A stretch of 64,000 bases of DNA from Candidatus Woesearchaeota archaeon (GCA_041660865.1 JBAZVO010000002.1:153395-217394); one strand, 5' to 3'. Shown: positions 29,241 through 38,675, counted from the stretch's first letter. Notes: a model not told the origin generated them from the letters alone. Translations and numbers: made by a program.

Positions 29241-31949
29241 ATGACGACACCTAAGAATAAACAAATCATGAAGATTTGCACACTTTTTGTAGGTATGTTG
29301 CTATTCTTTTCTTTTTTAGCAACAACAAGCATAGCCACTTGGTCTGGTGGAAATATTACAACAAACGCAATTTTAACAATTGCACCAATAAAAGCAAATG
29401 GTGCAGGAGTTAATATTACTGGTTCAAGCAACTATATTTCAGGAAATTATAATTCGATTTATACAGGTGCATTTTGGAAATTCTATGAACAAACAAATAC
29501 TGCGCCAACCATTAATTTAATTTATCCAACAAGTGAAACAGTAACTAATTCTACTATCAATAATATAATTTATTATGTAACCGACTCTGATGGTGATTTA
29601 TTAAATTGCACATTATATCATTCAAATACAATTAATCCAACAATTTATGAAACTAACAATTCTATTAATAACATAAATGTAACAACACAAATAACATCTA
29701 ATGATGGAACATATTACTTTAAAGTTAATTGTAGTGATGGATCAACTAGCACACAAAGTCCAATCTTTAATTATACAATAGATACAACTAAACCAATAGT
29801 TACGTTAATAACTCCTGAAAATAATAGTCTACTTTTGAATAATCCGATAATCTTCAATTACAACATATCAGACATAGGAGAAATACAAAATTGCTCTCTT
29901 CTTATTAATACAACAGGAACTATGCAAATTATCCAAACAGAATTACTTCCAACTAAAAATTCGACAAATAATTTTCAAGAAAATTTAATCGAAGGAACTT
30001 ATCTTTGGGAAATACTATGCGTTGATGAAACAGGAAATACAAATATACAAAACTCAAAAATATTTGAAATAAATAATTTGCCTCCAAATACAATAACTAA
30101 CCTATTAAATATAAGCAGCACAAATTACAGTATAACGTGGACGTGGACAAATCCAACAAATAATGATTTTGAAGGAAACATCATATACCTAGATGGACTA
30201 AATATAATTAACACAACAAGTCAAACATATACTGCAAATGGATTTTTAGGCAATACTAGTCATACAATAAAAATAAACACATACGATACGAGTAATAACA
30301 TAAATACAACAAACATAACAAGTACCGCATCAACTTTAAAAACCATATTAAATCAATCTTCTACTATAATAATACTTGATCCCATTCAACATACAACAAC
30401 AGATAAATCAAACATTAGTCTTGCTTACAGCGTATCAAATCCTAATAATATTAATAGTTGTAAATATTATTTAGATAATGACTTAGTAAAAATAAATACG
30501 AATATAAGCACGACAAATATTAATTATGATTATATATCAAATGTGTCTGATGGACCACACATACTAAAAATAGGGTGCACCACTGAATATTTAAAATATG
30601 ATCTTTCATCAATTACAAATTTTAAAATCATAGATTTAAGTGGATTTGATATTAAAACAAATTTAACTAATACATCATTAAATAATGTAACTAATTTCAC
30701 ATTAGAACAAAATACTATAGGAAAAATAACATTTGGAGGAGCAATTGATTTAACAAATGTAATAGATATAGGGAAAAATATTGAAATAACAACAAGAAGT
30801 ATCAAAGTTAACTCGACCGCATTACCAACATTTAATATTTCTGCAACACTTGAAATATATGATGTGCCCTACAATAATATCCTCATATGGAAAGATGGAA
30901 TGATTTGTCAAACATGTCAAATCATATCAACAAATGATCAAAAACTCATCTTTAATGTATCAGGATTCTCAACATATGTTATTACAAGTACTAGTAGTCT
31001 TAATACATGGGATTCATCAGATCTTGAAACAATATATGCAAATGAAACGATGAGTGTATTTGCAAATTACTCCGATATAATACTAGGCAATCCTCTAACA
31101 GGAACATGTAATATTACTATTTACGATACAACTTGGAGCACACCTACAATTATGAATTATAACTCAACAACTAAACTTCACACATACACAACTACACTTA
31201 CAAACGACGGACAACACCCATATAATATAAGTTGTGTAACTTCAACTGATGGATTTGATAATTTGACCGTTAGCGACATAATAGAAATATCTCCTATTCC
31301 AACAGTAACTCAAAGTTTTGCAAGTGTTAATATAACACAAATAGAATCATCAGCCTACAATGAAACACACATAGTAACAGGCGTTGAAGGAACACATGGA
31401 AACACCAGCCAACTTATGCTAAATATTACTATTGCAACAGATGCATGGCAAGGATATTATGGAAACATAACAACAACATTATTATTACTAGATGCCGATA
31501 GAAATACATTTTATAGTTGGAATACGTCATTAAAAACTGGCCAAATATTCGCATCAAGAACCGATGTCATAACGTGGGCCACAGTAGATTGTGCCACTCA
31601 AAACGTTCTAAATACTGAAGATTTAACTTTAGAAAAAAATGAAAGCGAAAGAGATAGCGTAAATAATACGTTCAGCATCACAACTCACCCTCAATTCGTT
31701 GTAGGTACATCACTAATAAAACATTGCAGATCAACTTTAATTCCTGGTGATGAAATCGCAGGGACTAACTTTTGGAATATTATAATCGCCGATGATTTCG
31801 GAACTGGAAGCGCAATATACACAGGCATAATAAATTCTAGCACACCAGGATTTAAAAACCTCGACGTTGATTTCGAACTTTTAGTTCCAGTAAATGGAAA
31901 AACACCTAATAATATTGTTCCATATTACTTCTTTTTGGAACTAGATTAG
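29241..31949 (+). CDS. Very large secreted surface protein with Ig/FN3-like repeats
   Basis: Signal peptide, Asn/Thr-rich sequence, dense N-x-S/T sequons and repeated ~90-aa beta modules. One module is FN3-like (YSITWTWTNPTNNDFEGNIIYLDG...HTIKINTYDTSNN). Confidence 0.65.
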   Translation: MTTPKNKQIMKICTLFVGMLLFFSFLATTSIATWSGGNITTNAILTIAPIKANGAGVNITGSSNYISGNYNSIYTGAFWKFYEQTNTAPTINLIYPTSETVTNSTINNIIYYVTDSDGDLLNCTLYHSNTINPTIYETNNSINNINVTTQITSNDGTYYFKVNCSDGSTSTQSPIFNYTIDTTKPIVTLITPENNSLLLNNPIIFNYNISDIGEIQNCSLLINTTGTMQIIQTELLPTKNSTNNFQENLIEGTYLWEILCVDETGNTNIQNSKIFEINNLPPNTITNLLNISSTNYSITWTWTNPTNNDFEGNIIYLDGLNIINTTSQTYTANGFLGNTSHTIKINTYDTSNNINTTNITSTASTLKTILNQSSTIIILDPIQHTTTDKSNISLAYSVSNPNNINSCKYYLDNDLVKINTNISTTNINYDYISNVSDGPHILKIGCTTEYLKYDLSSITNFKIIDLSGFDIKTNLTNTSLNNVTNFTLEQNTIGKITFGGAIDLTNVIDIGKNIEITTRSIKVNSTALPTFNISATLEIYDVPYNNILIWKDGMICQTCQIISTNDQKLIFNVSGFSTYVITSTSSLNTWDSSDLETIYANETMSVFANYSDIILGNPLTGTCNITIYDTTWSTPTIMNYNSTTKLHTYTTTLTNDGQHPYNISCVTSTDGFDNLTVSDIIEISPIPTVTQSFASVNITQIESSAYNETHIVTGVEGTHGNTSQLMLNITIATDAWQGYYGNITTTLLLLDADRNTFYSWNTSLKTGQIFASRTDVITWATVDCATQNVLNTEDLTLEKNESERDSVNNTFSITTHPQFVVGTSLIKHCRSTLIPGDEIAGTNFWNIIIADDFGTGSAIYTGIINSSTPGFKNLDVDFELLVPVNGKTPNNIVPYYFFLELD

Positions 31950-31962
31950 TTCAAAAGATAGA

Positions 31963-31975
31963 AAATAATATAAAG
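31963..31975 (+). promoter_or_regulatory. TATA-box-like element upstream of tRNA-Phe
   Basis: AAATAATATAAAG is centred about 30 nt upstream of tRNA position 1, the spacing expected for an archaeal promoter. Confidence 0.4.
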
Positions 31976-32000
31976 CGAAGGCCTGTCCTTAGACGCAGAG

Positions 32001-32091
32001 GGGACTTTAGCTCAGACTGGGAGAGCGCCACGCTGAAGACCTAAAAAGGACAGAGACGTGGAAGTCCTGGGTTCAAATCCCAGAGGTCCCA
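32001..32091 (+). tRNA. tRNA-Phe (GAA) with 17-nt canonical (37/38) intron
   Basis: Acceptor stem GGGACTT/AGGTCCC, D arm GCTC-AGACTGGGA-GAGC, anticodon stem CCACG/CGTGG with loop CT-GAA-G[intron]A, and T arm CTGGG-TTCAAAT-CCCAG. No CCA is encoded and a T-run follows. Confidence 0.93.
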
Positions 32092-32094
32092 TCC

Positions 32095-32101
32095 TTTTTT
32101 T
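32095..32101 (+). terminator. Oligo-T terminator after tRNA-Phe
   Basis: Seven consecutive T residues lie directly 3' of the tRNA. Confidence 0.4.
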
Positions 32102-32115
32102 ATTAAATGACAAGC

Positions 32116-32137
32116 ACCCAGTCAATCTTGTTATTTT
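32116..32137. repeat. 22-bp direct repeat, left copy (ACCCAGTCAATCTTGTTATTTT)
   Basis: Perfect match to 32858-32879. It lies 25 nt downstream of tRNA-Phe. Confidence 0.9.
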
Positions 32138-32240
32138 CTTTTAGTATATTTTTTATTCAATTAAGATTATAAAATATAAAATCACATTAATTAAAACAAA
32201 CACTAATAAAATATTTAAACCATACACTCAATTCACAATC

Positions 32241-32771
32241 ATGGATCTTAATACTTCAAAATTACCAGAAAAGATAAGCCTTGATAACGCTAAGAAAAAT
32301 AAATTGTTCTACGTAGTTGCAAATGTTATTGTTTACAGAGAAACTGATGGACGATGCCTTATTTTAAAAAGAAGCGATAGAGAAATAGCCCATCCAGGAA
32401 AATACTGTGTTCCTGGTGGAAAACTTGAGTGGAAAGATTTAGATGTTAATAATCCCACTAGAATTAATGGTGATGTTTTAGATTATGAAGATGCTGTCGA
32501 AAAATTATTAATTCGCGAAACAGAAGAAGAAGCAGGCATCGAAATAGAACACGAATTTAAGTACATAAATAGTGTTGCATACATTAGACCTGATGAAGTC
32601 CCAACATTTATGTTTAAACTTGCAGCAAAATACAAATCAGGAAAAGTAAAACTCGAAGAAGATTCTTTTTCAGATTTTGCTTGGGTAAATAAAGATGAAG
32701 TTGATAATTACGAGTGCATTAAGGGCATTCCTGAAGAAATAAAAAAAACCATTGATTTATTTGAAAAATAA
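32241..32771 (+). CDS. NUDIX hydrolase
   Basis: Nudix box GGKLEW...EKLLIRETEEEAGIE. Length is 176 aa. Confidence 0.8.
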   Translation: MDLNTSKLPEKISLDNAKKNKLFYVVANVIVYRETDGRCLILKRSDREIAHPGKYCVPGGKLEWKDLDVNNPTRINGDVLDYEDAVEKLLIRETEEEAGIEIEHEFKYINSVAYIRPDEVPTFMFKLAAKYKSGKVKLEEDSFSDFAWVNKDEVDNYECIKGIPEEIKKTIDLFEK

Positions 32772-32857
32772 ATATACATTAATTCAAATTCCTCTTTAAG
32801 TAGCACATCTATTCTTTACAAGATTAAAAACTAGATTGAAAAATAAAAAATACGAGT

Positions 32858-32879
32858 ACCCAGTCAATCTTGTTATTTT
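32858..32879. repeat. 22-bp direct repeat, right copy
   Basis: Perfect match to 32116-32137. It abuts the stop codon of the minus-strand gene 32879-33595. Confidence 0.9.
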
Positions 32880-33595
32880 TAAGAATATATTTTCTCAAAG
32901 GCTATGCCTTTAAAATCAGATCTAAAATTATTAAATAAGTAAAACGCATCATTACAATAACTAAGAACAGATACAGAACCTGACTTATATGATTGAAAAT
33001 CACTATCATACCATCTCTCTTCTCTTGACTCTTGACTAGGAGTCCAAATCATTATTTTATTACTCACAAATCCCGTCAAAGCAGATAAAGTATCCTCTAT
33101 TTTTGAAGCATCATTTGAAGTATTAAACAAAACTTGTAAATATTTTAACCCAACTTCTGTAGATAAAACATTATTAAGACTTACACCTTGATAATCAGGA
33201 ACTAATACTTTTCTTGGTTGTTCTTTATTAATTCTTGTTGAGTTATCAATAATTGTTGCTTCAAGAGAATCAGGTAAATACAAATGCGAAGTACTAACAA
33301 TAAGATAAGGATCTCCTTTTGAGTGTTTTCTAAATTTTGAAATATTTTTAGACTCTTCTATCTTCACATTAAATTGTTGCATATATAAAAGCGCATCTGC
33401 ACTAGCCTCATAATAATCGGGTAGGTCCGCCATAATTCTAGTTGGATAATCTACGTTAAACCCTAATTTAAGTAAATACGCTTTCATTATTAAATTAAAT
33501 CCCGTAGGTTTAATTCTTAAATTTATTAGATGTTCATTTAGCGTTGCTTCTAATGGAAAATTTTTATTAGTTTGTATAATTTCAAAATCTAACAT
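32879..33595 (-). CDS. Hypothetical protein, tandem paralog 1 (238 aa)
   Basis: Shares long identical blocks with the next gene (SLEATIIDNSTRINKEQPRKVLVPDY, VLSTEVGLKYLQVLFNTSNDASKIED, IAFEKI). No recognisable family. Confidence 0.65.
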   Translation of the reverse strand: MLDFEIIQTNKNFPLEATLNEHLINLRIKPTGFNLIMKAYLLKLGFNVDYPTRIMADLPDYYEASADALLYMQQFNVKIEESKNISKFRKHSKGDPYLIVSTSHLYLPDSLEATIIDNSTRINKEQPRKVLVPDYQGVSLNNVLSTEVGLKYLQVLFNTSNDASKIEDTLSALTGFVSNKIMIWTPSQESREERWYDSDFQSYKSGSVSVLSYCNDAFYLFNNFRSDFKGIAFEKIYS

Positions 33596-33715
33596 TTGTT
33601 GCCTCGCATAACTAATTATACTTTAATTCATACAACATAGCCGAACCAATATATAAATGTTTTGAAGTGTTTTCACTATTAAGTGACTTTTTAAACAAGA
33701 TTTATGAATTTATCA

Positions 33716-34435
33716 TCACTTAGATCCTATTTTTTCAAAAGCTATACTTTTGACATCAGCTCTTAAATAATTATTAAAGAAATTAAACTCATTATTGAGA
33801 TACCAAAGACCTGTTATCGCACCCGATGTAGGTGATTGCATATCATTATACTCTTTATCTTCTCTTGACCTTTTAATAGGAGTCCATAATTTTATTCTAC
33901 TAAGGGGATTTCCTGTTAAATAAAACAAATTATCCTTAATTTTTGAAGCATCATCAGACGTATTAAATAAAACTTGTAAATATTTTAATCCTACATCCGT
34001 CGATAAAACCTCGTTAAGTCTCGCACCTTTATAAGAATAATCTGGAACTATTACTTTTCTTGGTTGTTCTTTATGAACGCGTGTCGCATTATCAATAATT
34101 GTCGCTTCAAGAGAATCAGAGGAATACCAATGCAAATTATTAGCAATAATACATTTAGAACTTTTAGCATATTTTCTAAATTCAGAAATATTTTGATGTA
34201 TCTCTATTTTTTCACTATTACTATTATTATTCTCAACACTCGCGCCGAGTTCATAAAAATCGTGTGCATCTGCAAGTATTCTAGATTGCGAAGCCACACC
34301 AAATCCTAATTTAAATAAATCATATTTTATTATCGATTTAAATTCTTCAGGTATAATTCCTAAATTAATTAGATGAATATTTAACGTTGCATTCAACGGA
34401 ATATTCATCGCATTTTTTATAATTTTAATAGCCAT
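33716..34435 (-). CDS. Hypothetical protein, tandem paralog 2 (239 aa)
   Basis: Shares SLEATIIDNATRVHKEQPRKVIVPDY, VLSTDVGLKYLQVLFNTSDDASKIKD and IAFEKI with its neighbour. Confidence 0.65.
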   Translation of the reverse strand: MAIKIIKNAMNIPLNATLNIHLINLGIIPEEFKSIIKYDLFKLGFGVASQSRILADAHDFYELGASVENNNSNSEKIEIHQNISEFRKYAKSSKCIIANNLHWYSSDSLEATIIDNATRVHKEQPRKVIVPDYSYKGARLNEVLSTDVGLKYLQVLFNTSDDASKIKDNLFYLTGNPLSRIKLWTPIKRSREDKEYNDMQSPTSGAITGLWYLNNEFNFFNNYLRADVKSIAFEKIGSK

Positions 34436-34655
34436 CGTATTATTTCCAGCCTTTAATTAGCCTGTAATTTATTGTGAATACTATCTAATATTTAAATATA
34501 TTTGATTGTTTTTACTCTCGAGTGAAGTTTTATTATCATCAATAAGTATTATTAATTTAATTCATTTTAACTATTTACATTCAGATAATTTGCACACGAT
34601 AATCATACAATAATTATACACGATAATCACACAATTAATGCACACAACAATCGAG

Positions 34656-34781
34656 CTCTGTAGAAATTCTTTTTCTGTAGGCGCCAGCTTTCGACATTAA
34701 AGTCACATTTATTATCGAGTCTAGTTTTTTCTAGATTGTGCTCTATTAGCTAGCATGCCTGCACAGACTTTTTCTACAGAG
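34656..34781. repeat. ~125-nt hairpin (MITE-like) element, copy B
   Basis: CTCTGTAGAAATTCTTTTTCTGTAGGCGCCAGCTTTCGACATT...GCATGCCTGCACAGACTTTTTCTACAGAG is collinear with copy A at 12498-12622, with scattered substitutions. Confidence 0.8.
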
Positions 34782-34922
34782 TCCGACAATCCCCCATAAA
34801 TAAAAAACAAAAAAATCATGTGAGTCTATCCTTCACAAGATTGAAAAAGCCACAATCATTATCAACGATTACAAAAAGAACTAAAATTAAAAAACAGAAC
34901 AATAAATACCATAGGTGAAAAA

Positions 34923-35528
34923 ATGAAATTCCATGAAATAGTTACTCTACGATATGCAACAAAAAAATTCGATGGACAAATAATTCCTGAAGAAAAAATA
35001 GATCAATTGCTTGAATTAATAAGACTTTCAGCATCATCAGTTAATCTTCTTCCATGGAAAGTTAAAATCGTAAAAGATCAAGCGACAAAAGAACTATTAC
35101 TTCCCGCATCATATAATCAAGCACAAATAACAACTTGTTCTCACTTGCTTATTTTTTGCGCAGAAACTAAATTACATGAAAAAAATAAAAAACTAGAAAA
35201 AATAATGCATCAAGAAAATATTCCTGAAGAACAAATAAAAGGCTTTACAGGAATGATTGATGGATTGTTAAATTCGATGTCTGATAAAGATATGTTAATT
35301 TGGGCGCAAAAACAAACATATATTGCTTTAGGTAATGCAATAAATGGTGCAAAAGCTCTAGGTTTTGATAGTTGCCCTATGGAAGGATTTAATCCTGTAG
35401 AATACTCGAGAATTTTAAAATTACCAGAACATCTTGTACCAACAGTTATATGCCCTATAGGCTACGCTGCAACAAATGATGTTAAACAAAACAAAGTTAG
35501 ATTTTCTCGAGAAGAACAATTTTTCTAA
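34923..35528 (+). CDS. Nitroreductase-family NAD(P)H-flavin oxidoreductase
   Basis: N-terminal RYATKKFD (the R-x-S/A-x-R/K-x-F signature), the size (201 aa) and the central/C-terminal pattern (QTYIALGNAINGAKALGFDSCPMEGF) match the NfsB/NfnB-like fold. Confidence 0.75.
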   Translation: MKFHEIVTLRYATKKFDGQIIPEEKIDQLLELIRLSASSVNLLPWKVKIVKDQATKELLLPASYNQAQITTCSHLLIFCAETKLHEKNKKLEKIMHQENIPEEQIKGFTGMIDGLLNSMSDKDMLIWAQKQTYIALGNAINGAKALGFDSCPMEGFNPVEYSRILKLPEHLVPTVICPIGYAATNDVKQNKVRFSREEQFF

Positions 35529-35571
35529 ACATAGAATTTTAACCCACTAAATTTTTATTTTTTTAAATTAT

Positions 35572-37242
35572 TTAATTTTTAATGTTTAGCTCAACGTTAG
35601 TTAAATATTTAGCTTTTATAAAATCCAATGCTTCTTCAGACGTATCAAAAATATTATTATCTGCAATAAGTTTTTTAAATTCTTCATCATCAAAAATTAC
35701 TTCTTTAACTTTAGGTTGAAGTGTTGTTAAAAATACTTTATTTCCGCCTTTATTTCTACTTTCTATAAATGATTTCATACGCTCAATACCACTGCTATCA
35801 ATTAAAGGAACATGCTTCATTCTTATAATAAGATATTTCTTTTTTACATCGATATGCTCCTCAACTTTACTATCAAATACATTCATTGCACCAAAAAAGA
35901 AAGGCCCTGCCATCGTATATATTCCCACATCTTTTAATGAATGATCAGCATTTAATCTTTTTGAAAGTTCTTTGTTAGGTGCGAACTTAGTATACTCATC
36001 AAACTCAACAAGTTTTGATAATCTTAAAAATAATAAAAACACCGCAAGCATCATACCTACTTGGACCGCGAAAACTAAATCAGTAAATAATGTTAGTGAA
36101 AAAGTCAAAATAAGAACCACTCCTTCTTCTTTACTTATTTTGAATATCGTTTTGAATTCTTTAAAATTAATCATTCTTATTGCAACAAACATCAAAACAC
36201 CTGCAAGGAACGCTTTAGGAATATACTGCGCGATTGGTGCAAAGAATAATATGATTAGAAGAATAATTAACGCATGATAAACACCAGCCATTCTTGTTCT
36301 TGCACCTTCCCTTATATTTACTGCACTTCTAGCAATAGCAGCTGTTGACGGCATACCTCCAAAAAAAGGAAGAACAATATTTGTTGTACCTTGCGCTATA
36401 AGTTCTTTATTACTCTTGTGTTTAGTGCCAGTCATTCCATCGCAAACAACAGCACACAAAAGCGCTTCTATTGCCCCAAGTAATGCTATAGTGAACGCTG
36501 CAGGTAAAACATTTTCAACAAGTTGTAAATTTATATTAAAAAAATTAAATGCTGGAAGACTTGATGATATGTGCCCCACTTGAGGAATCGATAAACTAAA
36601 AGAATATGCGGCAAATGTCGCAAGTATTAAAGCAATCATCGACGCAGGTACCGCTTTTAAAGATATTTTTGCGAGAATTCTTGGCATAAATATTAAAATT
36701 AAAAGAGTCCCTATCGCGATTAAAACTGCAGCTAAATTAACAGCACCAATATTTTTGATAACTTCTAAAATTGTTTCTCCTACGTGTTCTTTAGCAGGTA
36801 TTATTAATCCTAAAAAATTAGGAATTTGTCCTATAAAAATTATGGCACCAATACCTGCAGTAAAACCAGAAACAATTGGAAGAGGAATAAATTTTACAAG
36901 TCTTCCTAAACGAATAACTCCTAAAATTATTTGTATTACCCCTGCAAGAAACCCTGCAACAAGAAGCCCTTCGAGTCCAAATTTTCCAACTGTTGTAAGA
37001 ATTATTATAGCCATAGCGCCAGTAGGCCCTGTGATTGAAAATGTACTTCCGCCGAAAATAGATGCTAAAATACCTGCAATTATAGCAGTATATATACCCA
37101 TCATAGGATTTACTCCTGATGCGATTGCAAACGCAATGGCGAGAGGCAAAGCCACAATGGCAGTTATGAATCCTGCTTTCAAATCAGACGAGAAATCGTC
37201 TTTAAAATAGTTTTTCACCCTCATTAAGACGCTAAAGAACAT
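35572..37242 (-). CDS. SulP-family anion (sulfate/bicarbonate) transporter with C-terminal STAS domain
   Basis: DLKAGFITAIVALPLAIAFAIASG, a polytopic core with GGMPSTAAIARSAVN, and a C-terminal STAS-like region (YLIIRMKHVPLIDSSGIERMKSF). Confidence 0.88.
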   Translation of the reverse strand: MFFSVLMRVKNYFKDDFSSDLKAGFITAIVALPLAIAFAIASGVNPMMGIYTAIIAGILASIFGGSTFSITGPTGAMAIIILTTVGKFGLEGLLVAGFLAGVIQIILGVIRLGRLVKFIPLPIVSGFTAGIGAIIFIGQIPNFLGLIIPAKEHVGETILEVIKNIGAVNLAAVLIAIGTLLILIFMPRILAKISLKAVPASMIALILATFAAYSFSLSIPQVGHISSSLPAFNFFNINLQLVENVLPAAFTIALLGAIEALLCAVVCDGMTGTKHKSNKELIAQGTTNIVLPFFGGMPSTAAIARSAVNIREGARTRMAGVYHALIILLIILFFAPIAQYIPKAFLAGVLMFVAIRMINFKEFKTIFKISKEEGVVLILTFSLTLFTDLVFAVQVGMMLAVFLLFLRLSKLVEFDEYTKFAPNKELSKRLNADHSLKDVGIYTMAGPFFFGAMNVFDSKVEEHIDVKKKYLIIRMKHVPLIDSSGIERMKSFIESRNKGGNKVFLTTLQPKVKEVIFDDEEFKKLIADNNIFDTSEEALDFIKAKYLTNVELNIKN

Positions 37243-37373
37243 TTAGTTTATTTATAAAATTTATGCATCAAGTATTTTATAAATATTTAACAACTCTTAT
37301 CACTATCCATTAACATAAATATTATTTTTGCACCAACATATACTTGACTCTAGACCACACTTATACAACAAGC

Positions 37374-38327
37374 TTAATTTTCAACAACAATATTTTTTAT
37401 TGCGAGTGTCGCGTATACTCCTTTACTTAGAAAAAAACGAAGAGTTACTTTTTTCATGCCTGAATTTAAATCATCATCAATCATATCATCAATTTTTAAA
37501 TTTTTAATTTCTGCTCTAACCAATCTATTTGCTCCTTCAAGACTTATTTCTGGAAAATCTCTTAAAATAAAATCTCTTTGAGTTAATTTTTCTACAGTTA
37601 AAATTTTCTCATATTCCTCTTTTATTCGTCCAATTAATTCTACTCCAAATCCTATTAATGGCACTTCTACAATTGATTCTTTTTCTAATAATTCTACAAC
37701 TCTATTCCAGAGTAAACTTTGATAAGCGTGAACATAAATCAATAACACTTTTCTTGGAACAATTTTTAAAGCATTTAAAAAAGCATTAGCGTTTTTAGAA
37801 AGACGCTCTTTTATTTTGTTTGAAATTACAGACTCTTCCTCGAGCAAAAGCTCGCATGCCTTTTTATAATCTTTTTTTATTATTGCTTTTCCTATATCTG
37901 CATTATTTTTCGAAAACCTTTGTGTATCAAAATAATTAATGAATTCTGAAATAGGTAAAATTTTGATTTTGTCAGAATCTATATTTCTAATAGTTATAAC
38001 AAAATTATTTCCTAACAAATCACCTAAAGATAAAGGACTAGATGTCTCTCCAACATACTTTAATGATATATCTTTCAACTCTATATCTTGTTTTGGAACT
38101 CCACTAATAGTTATATATTGAGACGTTAAAGCATTTCTATCTTTAGTTCCAGCGTATGAAATATTTTTTCTTTGAACCCTTAAAAAATCTGAAAGCCTAA
38201 TGATTGCATCTTCCGTGTTATAATTTCGTTTATTTAATAAAAACATAGCATATCGTCCATTATTAAATTCTCTATTAGTTACTTCTTCAACTATAAAATC
38301 TTCAGGAATTTGTTTCAATTCATACAT
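37374..38327 (-). CDS. truD: tRNA pseudouridine synthase TruD/Pus7 family
   Basis: N-terminal PEDFIVEEV and the catalytic motif YAGTKDRNALTSQYI (GxKD...A.T.Q). It is short (317 aa). Confidence 0.8.
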   Translation of the reverse strand: MYELKQIPEDFIVEEVTNREFNNGRYAMFLLNKRNYNTEDAIIRLSDFLRVQRKNISYAGTKDRNALTSQYITISGVPKQDIELKDISLKYVGETSSPLSLGDLLGNNFVITIRNIDSDKIKILPISEFINYFDTQRFSKNNADIGKAIIKKDYKKACELLLEEESVISNKIKERLSKNANAFLNALKIVPRKVLLIYVHAYQSLLWNRVVELLEKESIVEVPLIGFGVELIGRIKEEYEKILTVEKLTQRDFILRDFPEISLEGANRLVRAEIKNLKIDDMIDDDLNSGMKKVTLRFFLSKGVYATLAIKNIVVEN

Positions 38328-38581
38328 AAAGCTCGAAAATCGCCTTTACTTAAAATTGTTTTCTAAAAAAAAGAAAAATAGAACAAAAAATTAGATATAA
38401 ATCTAAAAAGAATCAAAACTAAAGAAAATATAAAACCAAAAGATACCAAAACAAGATACTAAAAAAACCAAAAGATACCAAAAACAAAAAATATGAAAAA
38501 AAGACAAAAAAAGACAAAATCTACAAAATAGATGAAAAAAACAATAATTCTTTTAAACAAAAATACATCACTATATTTATT

Positions 38582-38675
38582 GCACCTGTAGCGCAGCTTG
38601 GATAGCGCGGCAGCCTCCTATGTGAACTAAACGAGAGCGAGTTGCAGGTCGTGGGTTCGAATCCCATCAGGTGCG
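38582..38675 (+). tRNA. tRNA-Arg (CCT) with 19-nt canonical (37/38) intron
   Basis: Acceptor stem GCACCTG/CAGGTGC, D arm GCGC-AGCTTGGATA-GCGC, anticodon stem GCAGC/GTTGC with loop CT-CCT-A[intron]A, and T arm GTGGG-TTCGAAT-CCCAT. Confidence 0.9.

Noticed and set aside
36755-37210. Long antisense ORFs from the track (36755-37210, 43593-44261, 19417-19884, 40074-40478, 41070-41360, 48130-48450, 48877-49188 and many 60-100-aa ORFs).
   Set aside because: Each lies entirely within, and opposite to, a longer ORF with clear family motifs. Their translations are low-complexity (Ser/Ile/Phe/Leu-rich) shadows typical of AT-rich genomes.
38400-38520. Degenerate A-rich repeats (AACCAAAAGATACCAAAA twice, AAAAAGACAAAA twice) between truD and tRNA-Arg.
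   Set aside because: This is low-complexity, imperfect A-rich sequence with only two copies of each unit. The evidence is insufficient for a functional repeat or regulatory call.
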